From Cyanophora paradoxa CCMP329 (taxonomy: Eukaryota; Plantae; Glaucophyta): a stretch of 64,000 nt of DNA. The stretch's first letter is position 1. Every line of letters begins with the position of its first letter. The stretch lies in contig QPMI01000104.1 of the NCBI GenBank assembly GCA_004431415.1, positions 124,001-188,000 on the forward strand, read 5' to 3'. Shown here in pieces: positions 62,701 through 64,000 of the stretch. A program made the translations under genes and the position numbers. Under the pieces are notes generated by a model. It was not told where the DNA came from, made no database searches, and was given only the letters and a program-made list of their open reading frames with translations.

Positions 62701-63341
62701 CAGGTTCCAGGCGCTCTCGCTGAGAAGCTCTCTCCACCATCGATGCTCCGGTTCGTGTGAGCTGGCGTAGCGCGCGTTGCGGATCCGGCCGGTCGCCGGG
62801 CAGACACAGCTGTTGAAGTCACCGAGCAGGAACAGATGCGCCTTGTGTCGGGCCGCCCAGTCGGCGAGGATGTTGTTTCGCATGTACTCGATGATCCGGG
62901 CGCTCTCCGTGTTCGCTGAGGTGCGGCTTTCTCCCGGCGGCAGGTACACGCTCGCTACGAAGACCTGCACGTTGTCCGCGAAGCGCAGCTCGCACCCGAC
63001 GACTCGCCCCGGCATTGAGTAGGTGCGGAAGCAGTGCTTCGCCATGTCCGCGGACAGCAGCAGCGCAACGCCTGACCCGCGCGCAGACGGCTCCTTGGGG
63101 TCGTTCTTCTTCTTCTTCTTCTTTTTCTTCATCGGCTCGGCGCGGCGGGGCGCGCTAGGGTGGACCGAGGTCAGCATGACGCCGGCGTCGATGGCCTGCC
63201 TCATCGCTCGGGCTGCCGCGGCGGTACAGTTAAGTGATTGGACGCCCATGACGCTGATCCCCCAGTCCTTCATGTACTTTTGCAGGTGGCCGACGTGGTT
63301 CACGCTCGAGCACGACCGTGCGTTCCAGGTGGCGATCCGCC
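53749..63341 (-). mobile_element. Non-LTR retrotransposon (APE-type LINE), 9.6 kb, 5'-truncated at the start of the APE domain: APE-RT-X-RNase H-CCHC-Ulp1
   Basis: APE (~62460-63340): RIATWNAR, GSGVALL, VASVYLP, LLGDFNS, RLDYIL, SDHFPV. RT (~60320-61270): NVRPITL, YAFTRGKST, LLDIRRAYDSV, GLPQG, AYADD, FKFLGVWF. RNase H (~57740-58760): TDAS, NNKGELLAV, TDS, KVKAH, NHRADRLA. CxxxxC...HxxxxC at ~57035-57215. Ulp1 at ~55330-55950. T12 tail at 53749-53760. Multiple frameshifts. Confidence 0.95.
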
Positions 63342-64000
63342 AGGCGGGGCGTGCAGGCGGCCTCCTCGGCGCTCACGCCGATCGGCCCGCTCGGGCAGGA
63401 GCCGACGATCGCTGAGGCGATCCTCTTCTCTCCCGCGCCGACCCCCACGCTCCTCGGTCGGCGCGGCGCCGCCCCGCGTCCGAAGCATCGCCTGCCCGGC
63501 GGCCGACTGCTGACTCGCGCCCCGAACCGCAGCGAACATGTTCGCCAGTGGAGTTGCTCGGCTGGTGGCCATCTCGGCCACGCACCCGATCGGCGCGCCG
63601 CTCTCCCGCCCGCCCGCCCGCCGCCCAGCCCGCGACGACAGCTGACCGCTCCGGCGCAGACACTGTGAAGACCAAAGTGCAGACGAGCCGCGGCGAGCCG
63701 CGCCCCGCGCTGGAAACGCTGCGGCTCATCGTGAAGCAGCAAGGAGTCACGGGGCTCTACGCCGGCGAGTTCAATCCAGTACCCCTGAGCCTCGAGGTCC
63801 CCCATCTGATACTGTACCCGGCAGGCCTCGACGGGACGATGATAGGGCAGGTGCCTTACTCGGCCGTCGCCTTCGGCATCTACGAGTTCCTGGTACCCCC
63901 CCAGCCCGACATCCCTCCGTACCCGTACCCCGTACCCCGTTTGGTAACCCGTGCCCCGCAGAAGGAGCTCCTGGTCCCGCAACTTCCCCCCTCCCTCTTC
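63342..64000 (+). pseudogene. Third, 5'-headless copy of MCF paralog B (start of a further duplicated unit)
   Basis: From 63342 the sequence matches 48313/35186 onward and carries B-type variants (gggcaggagccgacgatc; ttcaatccagtacccc). Confidence 0.9.

Noticed and set aside
40590-63350. Short target-site duplication around either LINE copy
   Set aside because: Neither 5' junction shows ggtggtctg or the 3' half of paralog C. Both join to distant upstream host sequence.
1-64000. Hundreds of long Arg/Pro/Gly/Ala-rich six-frame ORFs
   Set aside because: Expected shadow ORFs in high-GC DNA. Real coding regions are short exons identified by motifs.

Overview
This is GC-rich, intron-dense eukaryotic nuclear DNA with short introns and many GC-AG junctions. 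N-terminal Phe-type plastid transit peptides (MSAF, MSTF, MAPVAF) and a CpcT-like gene suggest a primary-plastid alga such as a glaucophyte (inference only). From 1 to 30.6 kb are single-copy genes, mostly in head-to-head pairs: a HECT-type E3 ligase with a mitochondrial cox1 fragment in one intron, an F-box/LRR-like protein, a mitochondrial AAA ATPase, a universal stress protein, a CpcT/CpeT-like protein, a class-3 lipase bracketed by inverted repeats, a WRN-type 3'-5' exonuclease, a non-catalytic ClpR and an SLC35B1 transporter. From 30.6 to 64 kb is a tandem amplification of a ~13.2 kb unit: a C2+GYF gene, two divergent SAM-carrier-like MCF genes, a KOW/coiled-coil/RING gene and a third MCF pseudogene. 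Each unit ends in the same antisense non-LTR retrotransposon, and both amplification junctions lie inside that element. The most striking object is this LINE: its ORF2 reads APE endonuclease - RT - unknown Cys-rich domain - RNase H with two large insertions - CCHC finger - Ulp1/SENP (C48) SUMO-type protease with all catalytic residues present. Exon structures were read by eye, so gene ends are approximate, and many 1-bp frameshifts in homopolymers may be sequencing errors.
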